Assembly: GCA_964510865.1 (NCBI GenBank)
Contig: CAZEDI010000001.1
Span: forward strand, 2,297 to 66,296
Source of the DNA: an uncultured Halobacteriales archaeon
Lineage (GTDB): Archaea; Halobacteriota; Halobacteria; Halobacteriales; Hikarchaeaceae
Reading direction: 5' to 3'
DNA length: 64,000 nucleotides
Positions 20,344-29,294 of this stretch are shown here, piece after piece. The notes beneath the pieces were generated by a model. The model did not search any database, was not told where the DNA came from, and saw nothing but the letters and a program-made list of their open reading frames with translations. The first letter of the stretch is position 1; every line of letters starts with the position of its first letter. The translations under genes and the position numbers were made by a program.

Positions 20344-20698
20344 AGATAGTGGATTACTAGTCCCCTATGGTGCCCGGACCATTTACCTCCTCCTTGCGGT
20401 GAAAACTGACACACGTGGCCGGAGGGGGAGAGTTTTGCCGTCACCTGTGAGGCTCTACTGCAAGAACGTACGGGGGGTCATAAACATCCGGTCATTCGTA
20501 GCCAATCGCTACGGACGTTCTGCCATATACCGGCAACATTTTCCCCCGCGGACAAGCAACGGACAAGTTCGCCCGATAGGTGAGGGTAAAAGTGATCGGG
20601 GGTGTATCTCGGGTCAATGTCACATCAACTTGCGATGATCCAGGTGGCGCTGCGACGTGACCTGTTGCCGAACGGCACGACAACTCTACTATCGACAC

Positions 20699-20851
20699 AT
20701 GCCAGCTGAGATCGAGATGACCGAGCACGACGACGCGGAGACGGAGAAACGCGATGCCGAACACCTACAGGACATCGAAGACGGTGCGGGATGCACCGAG
20801 ATCTGGGAGCATCTCTCGAAACGCCGTACCGTCGAGGCAGACGACGACTGA
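20699..20851 (+). CDS. Small acidic protein with GAGCTEIWEHLS motif
   Basis: 50 aa, very acidic, stops 6 nt before cobA. Confidence 0.7.
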   Translation: MPAEIEMTEHDDAETEKRDAEHLQDIEDGAGCTEIWEHLSKRRTVEADDD

Positions 20852-20857
20852 CAGGGA

Positions 20858-21706
20858 ATGACTGCTACTCATGGAAAGGTGTTCCTCGTCGGGGCGGGCC
20901 CCGGCGATCCAGATCTCCTTACTGTCAAGGCTCGGCGAGTATTGGACCGGGCGGACGTTCTTCTCCACGACTCACTGACTAGGGATGCCGTGATCGAGTC
21001 TGTCCCTGCGACAACGGAGGTGATCGACGTCGGAAAGAAGCCGGGTCCGGACGGGAAGCGGACCACGCAAGCAGAGATCAACCATCTCATGGTCGATCGT
21101 GCGTGTGCTGGCGATACCGTCGTCCGGCTGAAAGGTGGAGACCCGACTGTCTTTGGCCGTGGAGGCGAAGAAGCCGAGCATCTTGCGGACCGCGAAATCC
21201 CCTTCGAGATTGTTCCCGGTGTCTCAAGCGTGCTCTCGACGGGCCTGACTGGCATCCCTCTCACCCATCGCGAGCACGCCTCGTCCCTGACTGTCATTAC
21301 GGGACACGAGGATCCAGCGAAGGACGAGAGTTCCCTCGACTGGGATGCGCTAGCCCGCACGATCGCGTCTGGGGGCACGCTCGTCGTCTTGATGGGAGTA
21401 CGCCGCCTCCCGGGTTATACCAGAGCCTTGTGTGAGCGCGGTATTTCCGAGGAGACACCCGTGGCAATGATCCAGCGTGCGAGTTGGACAGACGAACGAA
21501 CCGTCACCGGGACGCTCGAGACGATCGTCGAAACGCGGGACCAGGCAGGCATCGAACCCCCTGCGATCACGGTGATCGGGGACGTCGTCACGGTCCGCGA
21601 GTCAGTCGCCGAGTGGCTCCAGCGCTCTGACGCCCGTGGCGTCACGTTCGAGTCCGATGCCGTGCCCTTCTCCGGGCTGGCAAACGGGACCGGAGATGGT
21701 GACTAA
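20858..21706 (+). CDS. cobA: Uroporphyrinogen-III C-methyltransferase (SirA/CysG-A)
   Basis: LVGAGPGDPDLLT, RLKGGDP.VFGRGGEE, PGVSS, IPLTHR. Confidence 0.96.
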   Translation: MTATHGKVFLVGAGPGDPDLLTVKARRVLDRADVLLHDSLTRDAVIESVPATTEVIDVGKKPGPDGKRTTQAEINHLMVDRACAGDTVVRLKGGDPTVFGRGGEEAEHLADREIPFEIVPGVSSVLSTGLTGIPLTHREHASSLTVITGHEDPAKDESSLDWDALARTIASGGTLVVLMGVRRLPGYTRALCERGISEETPVAMIQRASWTDERTVTGTLETIVETRDQAGIEPPAITVIGDVVTVRESVAEWLQRSDARGVTFESDAVPFSGLANGTGDGD

Positions 21707-21766
21707 GCTCCCTCGATATTCGCATCGATCGCTAACCCTTTCGAGGATCATGCCGACACTCCAGCA

Positions 21767-22828
21767 ATGACACCCGACTGGACCCTGAAACAGCTGATGA
21801 CCGAGGTCATCGGCTCGGGCCCGAAGTCCGCCGCGGACATGAATCGCGAGCAAGCAGCCGTTGCCCTCGAGCGAATTTTTGCTGGTGAGCCGGATCCGAC
21901 AACGCTGGGCGCCTTCTTCCTCGCGAACCGCTGGAAGCGAAACACGCCCGAAGAGCTCGCAGCGTTCCTCGATGTGGTTCGTGAGCGTTCGGTCCGTTCC
22001 GCCAAGCCACGTGCCGATCCCGTTGACTGTGGTGCGAACTATGATGGCAAGAACGACACCGCTCTCCTAGGGGCCGCTGCAGGAATCGTTGCAGCAGCAG
22101 CGGGTACCCCGATCGTCGTTCACTCAGGCGATCGGGTTCCCACCCACGAGGCGACGGCCTACAAACACGTTCTCGACGAGTTGGGCGTCGAGACGAACCT
22201 GGAACCAGGTGAAAGCGCCGATATGGTTGACGAGACCGGGTTTGGGTTCTACTCCCAACCGCAGTTCAATCCCGAGATCCACGATCTTCTCGACCGCCGC
22301 CGGGCGATGGGTGTCCGAACGTTTCTCAACACCATCGAAACACTCGCGAACCCCGCACAGGCGCGGATCCACCTCGGGAGCTTTTACCACCTCGCATTCG
22401 CAAAGAAGCTCGCCGAAACGATGGCAGAAAGTCGACACGCAGGCTTCGAACGCGCCCTTTTCTTCCAGGGACTGGAAGGGTACGACGACATCCGCCCGGG
22501 CCACACGACCGTTGCAGAATGGAACGCCGGGTCGGATGACGACCTCGTGGACTACGAAATCCGAACGTCTGCATTTGGCGTGGATGTAACGGAAGAAGAC
22601 CTCGCTGTCGAGGACGTCGCAGTGGACTCAGCGCGACTCACTGAGACGGTCGTGGCGGGCAAACGAGACGACGGTATCGCCGATGCCGTTGCATTGAACG
22701 CGGCACTCCGAATCTACGCGGGAGACGATGTCGACTCGATCGAAGCAGGCCTAGACATGGCACGGAACGCGATCCACGATGGTACTGCAGCCTCCATCCT
22801 CGGAGACCTCCGGTCGTTCTCCGGGTGA
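21767..22828 (+). CDS. Anthranilate phosphoribosyltransferase-like protein (GT family 3, TrpD2/YbiB/CnaT type)
   Basis: TrpD fold with DCGANYDGK replacing the canonical GTGGD PRPP loop; VVHSGD..P; GFGF..Q..F.P. Confidence 0.8.
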   Translation: MTPDWTLKQLMTEVIGSGPKSAADMNREQAAVALERIFAGEPDPTTLGAFFLANRWKRNTPEELAAFLDVVRERSVRSAKPRADPVDCGANYDGKNDTALLGAAAGIVAAAAGTPIVVHSGDRVPTHEATAYKHVLDELGVETNLEPGESADMVDETGFGFYSQPQFNPEIHDLLDRRRAMGVRTFLNTIETLANPAQARIHLGSFYHLAFAKKLAETMAESRHAGFERALFFQGLEGYDDIRPGHTTVAEWNAGSDDDLVDYEIRTSAFGVDVTEEDLAVEDVAVDSARLTETVVAGKRDDGIADAVALNAALRIYAGDDVDSIEAGLDMARNAIHDGTAASILGDLRSFSG

Positions 22829-22889
22829 CCAGGTCCGATAGGACCACCGGGTTCGATACCTTAACCGTCCGCGTCACCCAGTCTCTCCC

Positions 22890-23666
22890 ATGGACGAGAC
22901 CGACGAAGGGACGGCAACACCCAGACTCCACCTTGTGACGCGGGGGGATGATGCGGGAGTCGTACCAAGCGCGAACGCGGCAATCCGTGACACCTTCCTG
23001 GACGGGATACTCAGGAACGCGAGTGTGATGGCCCCGACTCCAGCACTCGGGGATGCGGCAGACCGCCTAAGCGACCTCGACGGACTCTGTATTGGGATGC
23101 ATCTCACGCTCACCGCCGAGTGGGATACCCCGCGCTGGGGTCCAGTTCTTCCCTCGACGGAGGTCCCATCACTTCTTGACGGAGAGGGGTGTTTCCCCCC
23201 GACAGTCGAGAGGCTCGAAGAGACACTCGTCGTGGAGGACGCACTACGCGAGGCCGACGCACAACTCCAACAGCTCCGCGACAGTGGCTTTGACGTTTCC
23301 TACCTCGACACACACATGCTCGTCAGCCGGATCGACGGTCTGGACACGACGCTCGCCGAGTTCTGTGAGCGCGAGGGCTTGCTCTATGCCGACCGGGCGG
23401 TACCTGCATTCACCGTCGAAGAAACCGCCGGTTCACAGGCTACCCGAGTTGCGGAGCAATTGAGAGGGCTCGAACCCGGTGCGAACGCACTTGTAGGCCA
23501 TCCGTGCTACGACACACGGGACGCCCGAACGATCACGGGAATGGGTTTTGAGCCTGGCGAGGTCGCAACTGATCGTGATAGACAGCGGCGCTTGTTCGTC
23601 GATCCGGATATTACTGACGCAATCCGACGTGTCGGGGCCGTACCCATTCGATACACGGAGATATAA
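22890..23666 (+). CDS. ChbG/YdjC-family carbohydrate deacetylase
   Basis: TRGDDAG, NASVMA, GMHLTLTAEW, YLDTHM, GHP motifs. Confidence 0.88.
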   Translation: MDETDEGTATPRLHLVTRGDDAGVVPSANAAIRDTFLDGILRNASVMAPTPALGDAADRLSDLDGLCIGMHLTLTAEWDTPRWGPVLPSTEVPSLLDGEGCFPPTVERLEETLVVEDALREADAQLQQLRDSGFDVSYLDTHMLVSRIDGLDTTLAEFCEREGLLYADRAVPAFTVEETAGSQATRVAEQLRGLEPGANALVGHPCYDTRDARTITGMGFEPGEVATDRDRQRRLFVDPDITDAIRRVGAVPIRYTEI

Positions 23667-23675
23667 GAGACGAGA

Positions 23676-24017
23676 TCACCAATCAACGCTCACCGTTCCG
23701 TCCCCGTGAGGATCCGGCGCGATTTCCTCTCCGGTTCGCCGATCAATGACATGAATGACCCCATCTCCTTTCTTCGCTGGACATCGTTTTGCGGCATCAA
23801 TATTTTCCGCGAGTTCGTCCTCGCCGATGAAGAACGATTCGGGCCTGGCGATGCCGGTCCCGATATCGAGTGACCAGTTATCCGAGGCGGCTGCACACTT
23901 GCCCGTCCCGATGCACCGGTTCGCCTCGAAGATGATCTTATATGGCCGTTCTTCGATTGGTGGCCCTTCCGAGCCGATTTCGGCAGGGTCGAGGACGTCA
24001 TCCTCGGGATCACTCAT
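23676..24017 (-). CDS. Ferredoxin (monocluster type)
   Basis: CIGTGKC ... AAKRCP; start moved to ATG 24017. Confidence 0.8.
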   Translation of the reverse strand: MSDPEDDVLDPAEIGSEGPPIEERPYKIIFEANRCIGTGKCAAASDNWSLDIGTGIARPESFFIGEDELAENIDAAKRCPAKKGDGVIHVIDRRTGEEIAPDPHGDGTVSVDW

Positions 24018-24085
24018 CGGATGAACGAGAGGGGTGGACGGCCTTAGGCCTCCCGACAGTGATTCGTTCCGCGCGAAATCGCCTT

Positions 24086-25174
24086 TCACGCCCCGTCACT
24101 TGGTACGTCCGACTCATCGTCGAGAGCATTCTTCTCGACCTCCCTGTCCATGAATCGCTTGGCCCGTAAGTAGCGTACCCGGTATCTGTTTGCCGGGTCA
24201 TCGAAATCTGCTTCTCGAATGTCGTCGATCCGTCCGTCAGCGACGGCCTCGACAATCGCGTCAAGTTGTTCTTTCTCGCTCGGTGTCAACTCGAACTCGT
24301 ACGTCGTCGGCTCCTCACCCTCGAGCCTCGTCCAGGTGCGAGCCCCGGAGATGACGAGAGAGCACGGTTCCCGACAGGGGAACTGCCCATCACCGCCGTC
24401 GACATCGAGGTCGGTTTCGTCGTCGTATTCCCACTCTCGGCGTCGCAGGCACTGTGAATCTACACAGCACGCCTCCGCCACCCAGTTTACGTGCTCGTGA
24501 CCTTCTCCTCTGTCCCACGTTTGTACGACACCGTAGATTCCTGTTTGACGATCCACCGTCTCGCGCCAGTGGGCCACGTCGAGGTCTCCATTGTGTTCGA
24601 GGTGCCAGTTCTCGATCGTCGCTGGGTAAAAAAAGTCCACAGCGTCTACCAGCTCCACACCGGTGAGGTCGGGGAACGTCCACCCGGTTATGAGTGAGGG
24701 GGCTGTCTTCAATGGGCGATATCGGTCATCCGTGTCGAACTTCGTGATCTCCCGGGCGTCTAAGGGGTCGTCGTACCGATCGAGACTCCGGAGGTCAGTA
24801 CCAAGATCGTCCTCGTGACGGAGATCGTACCGACGATCACCGTCTTTCATCGTTACAGTGATCGCTAGTTGTCCCCACGTGCGGGTGATGCCCTCTCGGA
24901 GTGCGTCATACCGCTGCGGAACGCCGGACGTCTCCGCGTGTTCAACCCACCGAAGGAACGCTCGCCCAGCCTCGCCGGCCTCGAGGACATGCTCGAAGTA
25001 GTACCAATTCGAAACGTACTCGTCGTATTCCTGAGCGAGATCCTGCACGCCCGACTCGTTCAGCCCCTCTCTGGAAATCTCGGGAGTTTCGAAGAGGAAG
25101 CCGTCCTCTCGGTCTTCGATACGAAGCCCGTCGAAGTCAACGCCGTCAGTGAGTGGAACGTCGTCGGGAGTCAT
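24086..25174 (-). CDS. DR2241-family protein (CbiX-associated, Cys-rich C-terminus)
   Basis: WGQL.IT, YRPLKTAP.L..GW, FYPAT, CCVDSQCL...CREPC; ATGA overlap with cbiX. Confidence 0.8.
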   Translation of the reverse strand: MTPDDVPLTDGVDFDGLRIEDREDGFLFETPEISREGLNESGVQDLAQEYDEYVSNWYYFEHVLEAGEAGRAFLRWVEHAETSGVPQRYDALREGITRTWGQLAITVTMKDGDRRYDLRHEDDLGTDLRSLDRYDDPLDAREITKFDTDDRYRPLKTAPSLITGWTFPDLTGVELVDAVDFFYPATIENWHLEHNGDLDVAHWRETVDRQTGIYGVVQTWDRGEGHEHVNWVAEACCVDSQCLRRREWEYDDETDLDVDGGDGQFPCREPCSLVISGARTWTRLEGEEPTTYEFELTPSEKEQLDAIVEAVADGRIDDIREADFDDPANRYRVRYLRAKRFMDREVEKNALDDESDVPSDGA

Positions 25175-26058
25175 CGGTCCCCTACCTGCTTGGGTTCATT
25201 CTTTCCCTCTTGGGGTAACGTAGCGTCAACCGCGTCGGGATCGATCGGGGCACCGGCATCGGCAGCACGCTCAGCAATGACCCGCGCGAGCAGCGGTTCC
25301 GTCCCCACTGCACCAGCATACCATACCTTGTGACTATCAACCGTTGCAGGGACATCCCACCCGTCTCGGTAATCCGCCGTCAGACCGACATCTTCGGGGA
25401 TATCTTCCTGCGTGTGGTACCCGTCGGCGAGAAACAGTGGCACGAGGACGATGTCCTCGCTCTCGAAGTGATCGGTGAGGTCGTCGACCTCGGGATCCTC
25501 GTCCATGAACAACGCTCGAACGTCTGCGAACCGATTTCGCTCCCGTATCCGATCGGCATGGTACGTGACGGCCTTCGCCGAGTTCTCGTTGCGTTTGGTG
25601 CCGTGGCCAACGACTGCGAGACCGACCCCGCGTCCCACGGTCTCGTCCCCGGTCACAGACTCGGCTCGTCGAACGATGACATCACTCATTGCGTCGTGGG
25701 TTCCGATGGGGCCACAATAGTGCACTGTCTGTCCCGTATCACCGGCACGGAGCGTGGCGTGAGACGCGTCCGTGCCATCGGAATCCCACGTCGTCGGTGT
25801 CCACCCGCGGAGGCGGAGTTCGCGGGGGATTACCTGTTCGGTGAAGTAACCCTCGCTCATGAACACCGGGACGACAAAGACCTCGTCGCTCGTGACGGTC
25901 CGGAGGACCTCTCGTGGCGAAGGCTCCTCCTTCCAGAACGCCTCACGGACGTCGTCGAACGCGCCGGTCGCGCGGATGCGATCAGCGTGGTCGAATACTG
26001 GCTTATCGGAGTTAGGGTTCAGGTGGGACCCGTGTCCGACGACGACCAGGGAAGCCAT
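25171..26058 (-). CDS. cbiX: CbiX/SirB-type sirohydrochlorin chelatase (two CbiX domains)
   Basis: Twice VVGHGS/T, FWKEEP, VPVFMSEGYFT, VPLFLADGYHT. True start is MASLVVVGHG at 26058. Confidence 0.88.
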   Translation of the reverse strand: MASLVVVGHGSHLNPNSDKPVFDHADRIRATGAFDDVREAFWKEEPSPREVLRTVTSDEVFVVPVFMSEGYFTEQVIPRELRLRGWTPTTWDSDGTDASHATLRAGDTGQTVHYCGPIGTHDAMSDVIVRRAESVTGDETVGRGVGLAVVGHGTKRNENSAKAVTYHADRIRERNRFADVRALFMDEDPEVDDLTDHFESEDIVLVPLFLADGYHTQEDIPEDVGLTADYRDGWDVPATVDSHKVWYAGAVGTEPLLARVIAERAADAGAPIDPDAVDATLPQEGKNEPKQVGDR

Positions 26059-26504
26059 TTGCCTCCGTTTGGACAAGCGGCGGGTTAGGCCTTTCCGATG
26101 CTGTCGCACATAGTCGGTGCGCGTTGGGTCTATATGTGGATAGCCCGTCGAACCGGTATGACTCACTACACAGAACCCAGGCCCAACGGATTCGACGTCC
26201 TGGAGGTTCGACACGCCTGTCCACGAATCTGTGTCCACCGTACCCCGCGCGCCACGGCTCCGGGACTCGTTGTTTCTCTCCGTGGTCCCCGACCGGGTTG
26301 GGAAGTTCACACAGGGAACCGAGCAGACGACGCTGGTGTCTCCCGACCGACAGGTGACACCGCAACAGATCGCGGTCTCGATACGGATGTCATCGAACAG
26401 GTCACCCATATCTCACAGCGACGCTACGGTATCGCGGAACCGTCCATCAATCGGGAACGATTCGTGTGGAAGGGCACACACAACGCAACTCGGACCCGAG
26501 GCGA

Positions 26505-27143
26505 ATGATTCCACTGTTTCATGACTTCGATGGCGAGCGGGTTCTCGTATTCGGTGGCGGCTCTGTCGGTGCCCGGAAGGCCCGTCGCTTCGACCGGGAG
26601 GCCGAAGTCCGCGTTGTCGCCCCGGATTTCGTTGAGGAGGATTTCGGTGATGCGGCTCTCATCCGGGCCGAACCTGAACCCGTTGACGTCCCTCGATGGC
26701 TAGATGAGCACGCTCCAGCACTCGTCGTCGCAGCGACCGATGACCCCGCAGTCAATGCGGCCATCGAACGGGCTGCCCGTGACCGGGGTATCCTCGTGAA
26801 TCGTGCTGACCGTGCGGGAAGTCGGGAGGCGGGAAGCGTCGTCGTCCCAGCGATCGCCCGTGACGATCCGGTCGTCGTGGCGATTGCCACTGGGGGAAAT
26901 GCGCCAGTCCTGAGCAGTTACCTCCGAGAACAGGTGGACACCCTCATCGATGGGTCCGGCCGGATGGCCGAGCTCGTAGCCGATATCCGAACCGACCTCG
27001 ACAACCGCGCAGTTCCTATCCGACACCGACGCCAGGCCCTCCGTGAGATCGTCGAGTCATCCGAGGTCCGTATGGCCCTCAGCGATGGTGACGAAAACGG
27101 TGCTCGGGAAGCCGCCGAGGCAATCATTACTCGCTTCGAATAG
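26505..27143 (+). CDS. sirC: Precorrin-2 dehydrogenase (SirC/Met8p/CysG-N)
   Basis: MIPLFHDF...VLVFGGGSVGARKA, VVAATDD, LVNRAD, AIATGG.AP. Confidence 0.92.
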   Translation: MIPLFHDFDGERVLVFGGGSVGARKARRFDREAEVRVVAPDFVEEDFGDAALIRAEPEPVDVPRWLDEHAPALVVAATDDPAVNAAIERAARDRGILVNRADRAGSREAGSVVVPAIARDDPVVVAIATGGNAPVLSSYLREQVDTLIDGSGRMAELVADIRTDLDNRAVPIRHRRQALREIVESSEVRMALSDGDENGAREAAEAIITRFE

Positions 27144-27195
27144 CGGGGGTCCCTCGACGGGTGTCTTTTTGGTTCCCCGCATACCTCTCTCGATC

Positions 27196-27576
27196 ATGGC
27201 AGATCTGCGAGTAACCGTCGACGATCGTGCGTTCACCGCATCGTGGACAGGTGACAATCCAGAGACGAGAAAGGCGATCGAGGAGGCACTCCCCATCAAA
27301 GGTGATGCAACCCGTTGGGGAGATGAGCTCTATTTCGGGACACCTGTCGACGTTCCGCCAGAGGACGGGCAGGTTACGGTTCCCGAGGGAGCCATCGCGT
27401 ACTGGCCCCAGGGGAATGCCCTCTGCCTCTTCTGGGGACCGACGCCGGCAAGCCACGGCGACGAACCACGAGCCGCGTCATCGGTGAACCTCGTCGCGAT
27501 CCTCGACGACATAGCAGGGCTCTCTGATCTCACCGGTGGTGCCCGGATTCAGATCGAAACCACTACTGACACCTGA
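27196..27576 (+). CDS. Cyclophilin-like fold protein (DUF369/TM1367 type)
   Basis: ALPI.G.A.RWGDELYF, G.IAYWPQGNALCLFWGPTP. Confidence 0.85.
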   Translation: MADLRVTVDDRAFTASWTGDNPETRKAIEEALPIKGDATRWGDELYFGTPVDVPPEDGQVTVPEGAIAYWPQGNALCLFWGPTPASHGDEPRAASSVNLVAILDDIAGLSDLTGGARIQIETTTDT

Positions 27577-27751
27577 CGCAGTTCCACGCTGCTCACTCAG
27601 TTGATTCCTGCCCGTAGTACGACTATGTGAACGCATACATACCCTGTTGTTCGTCCCCGATAAACTGCGCCTCCGTCCCTGTGAAGCCCCCGATTTCTTC
27701 GGGTGTATCGGTGCGTTCAAATAGCTTCCACCAGTCCGTCCAAACCGTCAC

Positions 27752-28789
27752 ATGGAGCTGTCCAGGGACCTCAGACTGACTCTCCTGGGCTTCGGCACGG
27801 CGCTTGGTATTCTTGCCCTCCTGTTCTGGGTGATCGGCTTCGAGGATACATTGGCTGCACTGGCGCCAGCCGATCTCTCGCTGGTCGGTCTCGTCATTCT
27901 CATGGCGATCACCTGGCTGTTCACGTGGAGTCTCACGCTGTACATCGTCCTTCACACCCTCGACATCTCCGTCTCCGTGGTGACCGGGGCACTCATGTTC
28001 GCCTCGGCCCAATTCGCGAATAACGTTACTCCGTTCGGCCAAGCTGGTGGGGAGCCCCTTGCGGCACTTCTGATCTCCCGGACCGTCGATTCGGAATACG
28101 AGACGGGACTTGCCGCCATCGCGAGCGTCGATGCGATCAATCTTTTCCCGTCGATCGCACTGGCCGTCACCGGCTTGACGTACTATGCGGTCGCGTTCAC
28201 GCTCGGCCCACGACTCAGACAGGCGGGCCTCGTCGTACTCGCAATCCTCGTGATCGTGCCGACGCTTGCCTATCTCGGCTGGCGGTACCGTGACCTGGTG
28301 GCAACGCAGATCACACGCGGCATCGGCGTCCTCACCTCGGTGGTTGGTCGACTACTCCCCGGCAGAACTCCCCCCTCGAGTGAGTCAATTCGAGCCCGCG
28401 TCGAGAACTTTTATCGCGACCTCGAACGAGTCGCGTCTAATCGACGTGGCCTCCTTGCGGCACTCGCCTTTTCCGCGATTGGCTGGCTCTGTCTCGTCGG
28501 ATCGCTCTGGCTTTCGCTGCTTGCTCTTGACCACCGTGCCCCCGTCCCTGCGATCTTCGTGATCATCCCGCTCGCATCTATGGCGAGCGTCGCACCTCTG
28601 CCAGGCGGACTCGGGACGACAGATGCAATACTGGTTGTGTTGCTCGTGTCGATTACTGCGGTAACCCCTGCTACTGCCGCGGCAACGGTGGTCCTCCACC
28701 GATTCGCAACCTACTGGCTGCCAATCGGGATCGGCGGTGGCTCGGCACTTGCTCTGGGCTCGGAGATGCGACGGTCGTTCACCGACTAG
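27752..28789 (+). CDS. UPF0104 / MprF flippase-like membrane protein
   Basis: FANNVTPFGQAGGEP, PLPGGLG, HRFATYW; polytopic. Confidence 0.88.
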   Translation: MELSRDLRLTLLGFGTALGILALLFWVIGFEDTLAALAPADLSLVGLVILMAITWLFTWSLTLYIVLHTLDISVSVVTGALMFASAQFANNVTPFGQAGGEPLAALLISRTVDSEYETGLAAIASVDAINLFPSIALAVTGLTYYAVAFTLGPRLRQAGLVVLAILVIVPTLAYLGWRYRDLVATQITRGIGVLTSVVGRLLPGRTPPSSESIRARVENFYRDLERVASNRRGLLAALAFSAIGWLCLVGSLWLSLLALDHRAPVPAIFVIIPLASMASVAPLPGGLGTTDAILVVLLVSITAVTPATAAATVVLHRFATYWLPIGIGGGSALALGSEMRRSFTD

Positions 28790-28799
28790 GGCGTGGTCG

Positions 28800-29294
28800 C
28801 TATTTCTCGACCGCCAACAGACACACGCGCTCCACCACCAGGTCACAAAGCGTCGCGTTCGTGGCCCCCCGTTCCTCGTCCGTGATCCCGAAGAACTCCT
28901 GGATGATTGTCTCATCTCGACCCTCGTAATGAACATCGTCATGCCCGAAACGCGCGTCGACCGCCGCAGCTGCAGCGGATTCGTCGCCGCCGTCGAGCAC
29001 GACGACAACCGCGTTCTGGCCCTCATCGACTCCCATTTCGAGCGCCCGCTCGATCTGCCGCCTCCCCGCAGCGTAACAGAGGATCTCTACGGCTCGGTCC
29101 TCGGCGATTGCGTCACCACGCTCGAATGCACGGGTCGCACAGTCGACTGCGGCGGCTAGATGCGCCTGCCCTGCGATGTACCGCGCATCGAATGCCTGGA
29201 TCGTTGTTCCGTAGTCCTCACCGATCGACGCGAGATCCCCGAGAAATGCTTCGACATCCTGGATTGTTCGGACTCCCTCGACGATGCGCATCAA
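28800..29294 (-). CDS. cgi121: KEOPS complex subunit Cgi121
   Basis: [28 protein letters not shown]; ATGA overlap with hel308. Confidence 0.92.
   Translation of the reverse strand: MMRIVEGVRTIQDVEAFLGDLASIGEDYGTTIQAFDARYIAGQAHLAAAVDCATRAFERGDAIAEDRAVEILCYAAGRRQIERALEMGVDEGQNAVVVVLDGGDESAAAAAVDARFGHDDVHYEGRDETIIQEFFGITDEERGATNATLCDLVVERVCLLAVEK

Noticed and set aside
20480-20497. Mini-ORF MTGCL upstream of the reductase as a Cys sensor
   Set aside because: It has a single Cys, no SD or promoter spacing and no supporting structure.
22840-22870. GGTTCGA T-loop-like sequence
   Set aside because: There is no cloverleaf context. It lies in the promoter of the deacetylase gene.
26059-26409. Cys-containing 117-aa in-frame extension of cbiX
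   Set aside because: A promoter-like AAAGGCCTAACC lies about 30 nt before ATG 26058, and homology begins at MASLVVVGHG.
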